Made by a program: the position numbers and the translations under genes. The notes under the pieces are model-generated. The model did no database searches. It saw only the letters and a program-made list of their open reading frames with translations, and had not been told where the DNA came from. A DNA stretch of 64,000 bases from the human T2T-CHM13v2.0 reference genome, Homo sapiens. Shown here in pieces: positions 60,936 to 64,000 of the stretch. Location of the stretch: NCBI RefSeq assembly GCF_009914755.1, contig NC_060931.1; one strand, given 5' to 3'. Positions within the stretch are counted from its first letter, which is position 1, and each line of letters opens with the position of its first letter.

Positions 60936-62609
60936 AGTGCTTTTATGAGAATAAAATTAAGTCCTATGTGAAAACTCTAAGTTCAATGCCTCACCTATAA
61001 TAATTATGCAATTATTTAAATTTTCTTTCCTTTTTTCCCCTTTTTCCTGTTGGAAGATTATTTGTATAATATTTTTCAAATTGTTTTTGGTACCTCATCT
61101 TTGGAGGTGGCTTTTAGTGACATTTTCCTGCCTTATAATCTCACAGGACTGTCTCTCCTGGTGTAATATTATTTTCCTTCTTTCTCCATTTTTGTTCAGC
61201 ATGAGCTCAACTTAGTTCTTCCTTCTTTGCCTGTTGAGAGGCAATGAGAGCTGACTGCTTGACAGTGGGGTGCTGAAGATAGGATGGTTTTTGCAGTGGG
61301 ATTCAGCCCTGAGCAATAGGCACTCCCATATTTAGAAGTGTTTATGCTAAGTAGAGAGCAAATGCAAGAATGGTGGGTGATGTATAAAAAGTTGCGGCAA
61401 GGATTTTTCTCCCTTAATGCATTGCATATTCCCTTTATTGTATTAATTACATTAAAAATTCAAAAGCATATTTTATTGACTAGAATCCCAATTTATTTGT
61501 GGTTCATAGAATGTATTGTATTACCTTATGGTCAATGGCAGATACTGTATCTATTATGATACTATAAAGTTATGCGACTGAGCCACAATTTCATCACTTT
61601 ACAGTCTCCAACAAACACAAACATTAGAAATCCAAGCAAGTCATGTGGAAGTTTTTTTTTCTTCCTTTATACTGGTGAAGTCAGTTGAATTTGCAAGTGA
61701 TTCACTGTACTCATCTGAAATTTCTGCATATTTGGGGTTTATTCATTAAATCATCAAAAATTAAGTGAAATAGCTTTCTATCATTTTTTCTATTGTCAAT
61801 TATTTCATTTCAATCACATATTGAATTCCTAATTGGAAGCGAAGCTAAAAAAGCAATGAAAAAAATTTTGTGGTGAGGGAGCACACGCTACTATTTAAGA
61901 ACTCAGTTCATGGGCCTGATTCTTTCTCTTGGGACTGAGGAAATGGTTTGGCTATAAAATTCCCATTAGCCAAAAATAAGCACAATTGCCTCCAGGATTC
62001 ATGGTAGGTACAGCCTTGAAGAGTAATAAAAGCCTGTTTTAAATGAAGTCTTAAGGATACTGTTTAAGCCCTAGAATGGATAGTCAGATTTTATGTTTAT
62101 CCCTTTTGATTATACTTCCATATGTTTCTGGAGAACAGTGTCTGAAAAGTGGTTCATTAAAAAAATTGTATTGGGCTGGGGTAATTTGGGGCTTATTGAC
62201 CAAGTCCAGGGGAGCAGGGGTGCCCTATCAGGTGGCCTGGAAGCAGCAAAGCATGGCAGACCTGTCTGCTCTGTTTCCTTGTGCCATGTGGCATGAAATG
62301 ACTTCAAAGACTCCCAGTTTGGTTTAATTTAAATAAATATGACTGTTTGTGTGCTTATTAAAAAAGTAGTTGAGAATAAACCAGTAGTTAGGGAACCAAA
62401 ATAGATTTTGAAAGGAAAAGGCACTCTACTGAAAGTTCACTTATCTGAATAGCTCCAAGAAAGCTTTCCTGTTTCTGGAAGAGGAGTTGAATGGGACCAC
62501 ATACCTAAGAGAAAACAGGAGATCCAGTGAATGTCACCCTTTCTATATTCTATTTTTGTAGTTTGTAGGAATAGCTGTATGTTGGTGCCTAGTATTTTTT
62601 ACCAATGAA

Positions 62610-63850
62610 ATTAAGCATTTATCAAGTGCTTCCCACAAACAAAGGGACTTGGAATTCACATTGTGCATGGAGAAAGAACACAGGAGCATACTCTGAGTGG
62701 GGAAGTTTCATAGAAGGCTTCCTAGAGACTATGATTTTAAGCTGAGTCTTGAAAAAGGATGAGTGAGGCAAGGAAGGAAAGTTTGGGTGACCTAGGTTTC
62801 CTTGTGGGGTAATGGAGAAGGAGAACATGGATGAGATTCAGGCTTTTCAATAAGGGACCAGCATGTGCAAAATCGCAGGTTGAGATCTTCTGGCCATGTT
62901 TTGGAGAATTCTAAGTACAGCTTCTCTGCAATGGAGGGAGTACAAGTTTGGGAACAGCAGAATAGAGGATGAAGAGGTGAGTTGAGGCCAGGCCCGGGAT
63001 ATCTTTGATGTTTACAGTAAAGGTTTATGGTTTTCAATCCTGGCTACATGTTAGATTCCTCTTCCACTTCCTACTTTTGGAAACTCTGATCCAATTTGTC
63101 TAGAATAAAAGGGCTAGGGGTGGGTGCCTGGTCTGTACCTCAGCCAGTCTATGCACCATTGGTCATTGTGAATGACATGAGCAGGCCAGAAAGAGCACAC
63201 AGTGACAGCTGTGTAGGAAGATGGCTTAAGAAAGGTCCCTACCACAGCCAGGAGAAACAGTCAGTGAGCCTGTTGCAATAGTCCAGGCAGGCGAGAAATA
63301 ACCAGCAGCTTAGCTGAGGCTGGAGTAGAGAGGTTGGAGAGGTAACTGGGAGAAAGCATCTAGAAGGTGTGGGAGGGCACTGAAGAAGGAAAGCCCGGTC
63401 AGCCCTCCACAAAGAGGCTCCAGACAATAACGACTGAGTGTCTTTTGCTTGGGCCCTTAGAAGGCAGCTGTAGCGCAAGAGAGTAAAGTTTTAGTGGAGG
63501 GATGGTGGGGTCAGAAGCCAGATTGCCTTAGTTGAGGAACTTGAACATGCATTCAGAAGCTTGTGAGTTCATTGTGAAGGTAACCCCAGGCAATGACATG
63601 GAGTTCTAGGGATGAAGGGAAAGAACTGGAAAGGTAGGTTGGGGGCATGTTGTGAAGGCTTTGGGTACCAGGGGTAAGTTATTCATAATGGTAAGATCCA
63701 GTTCTTTGCCATTTGACTGATGTTAATGTGAAAAATGAGAGGATTAAGACTAAATAGGAGAAACTAGGCACAGCCAAGGCTCATTAGAAGGCCAATGCCA
63801 TTTTTTATGGTCCTGATGATTTTTAACAGCTATTTTAACAACAGAATGAT
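62610..63850 (-). mobile_element. L2 fragments
   Basis: agaaggcttcctagag...gctgagtcttgaaaaaggatgagt, gggaccagcatgtgcaaa, ctgttgcaatagtccaggc. Confidence 0.65.
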
Positions 63851-64000
63851 GAAAATGTGTGGTATTCTTTCTCCCTTGGGATAATGTGGCCACTGAAAAA
63901 GGTCAGAACTAATAGGAAAAATGAGTTTTATTGCTTAACTGTGGATTCAATTAATTTGTGCTCTTCCTGTTTTCATTGCCCCGTGTTCTCAGTTGGCTAA

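Overview
Primate (almost certainly human) genomic DNA containing the 5' part of BMPER (BMP-binding endothelial regulator / Crossveinless-2) on the + strand. A CpG-island promoter (~5560-7680) holds a probable non-coding leader exon. The first three coding exons are 7357-7489, 8560-8645 and 39044-39143; spliced, they give the signal peptide plus the complete 10-Cys VWC1 domain. The next coding exon is not visible in the window. The rest is upstream or intronic DNA with 11 Alu/FLAM copies, MIR/L2/L1 fossils, MaLR LTRs (THE1/MST/MLT1), hAT and Tigger DNA-transposon fossils, and microsatellites. Nearly all ORFs in the supplied track are spurious. I see no convincing wholly new genetic system (no CRISPR array, RNA gene or foreign insert). 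The best leads are: (i) a possible VWC1-only secreted isoform from read-through of the weak exon-3 donor (stop after 2 codons) with intronic polyadenylation; (ii) a candidate poison exon at 23532-23645; (iii) a perfect 33-bp direct repeat 1.6 kb apart; (iv) an AT-rich array with three perfect 24-bp palindromes. Repeat subfamily names come from recalled consensus features and need RepeatMasker/Dfam confirmation.
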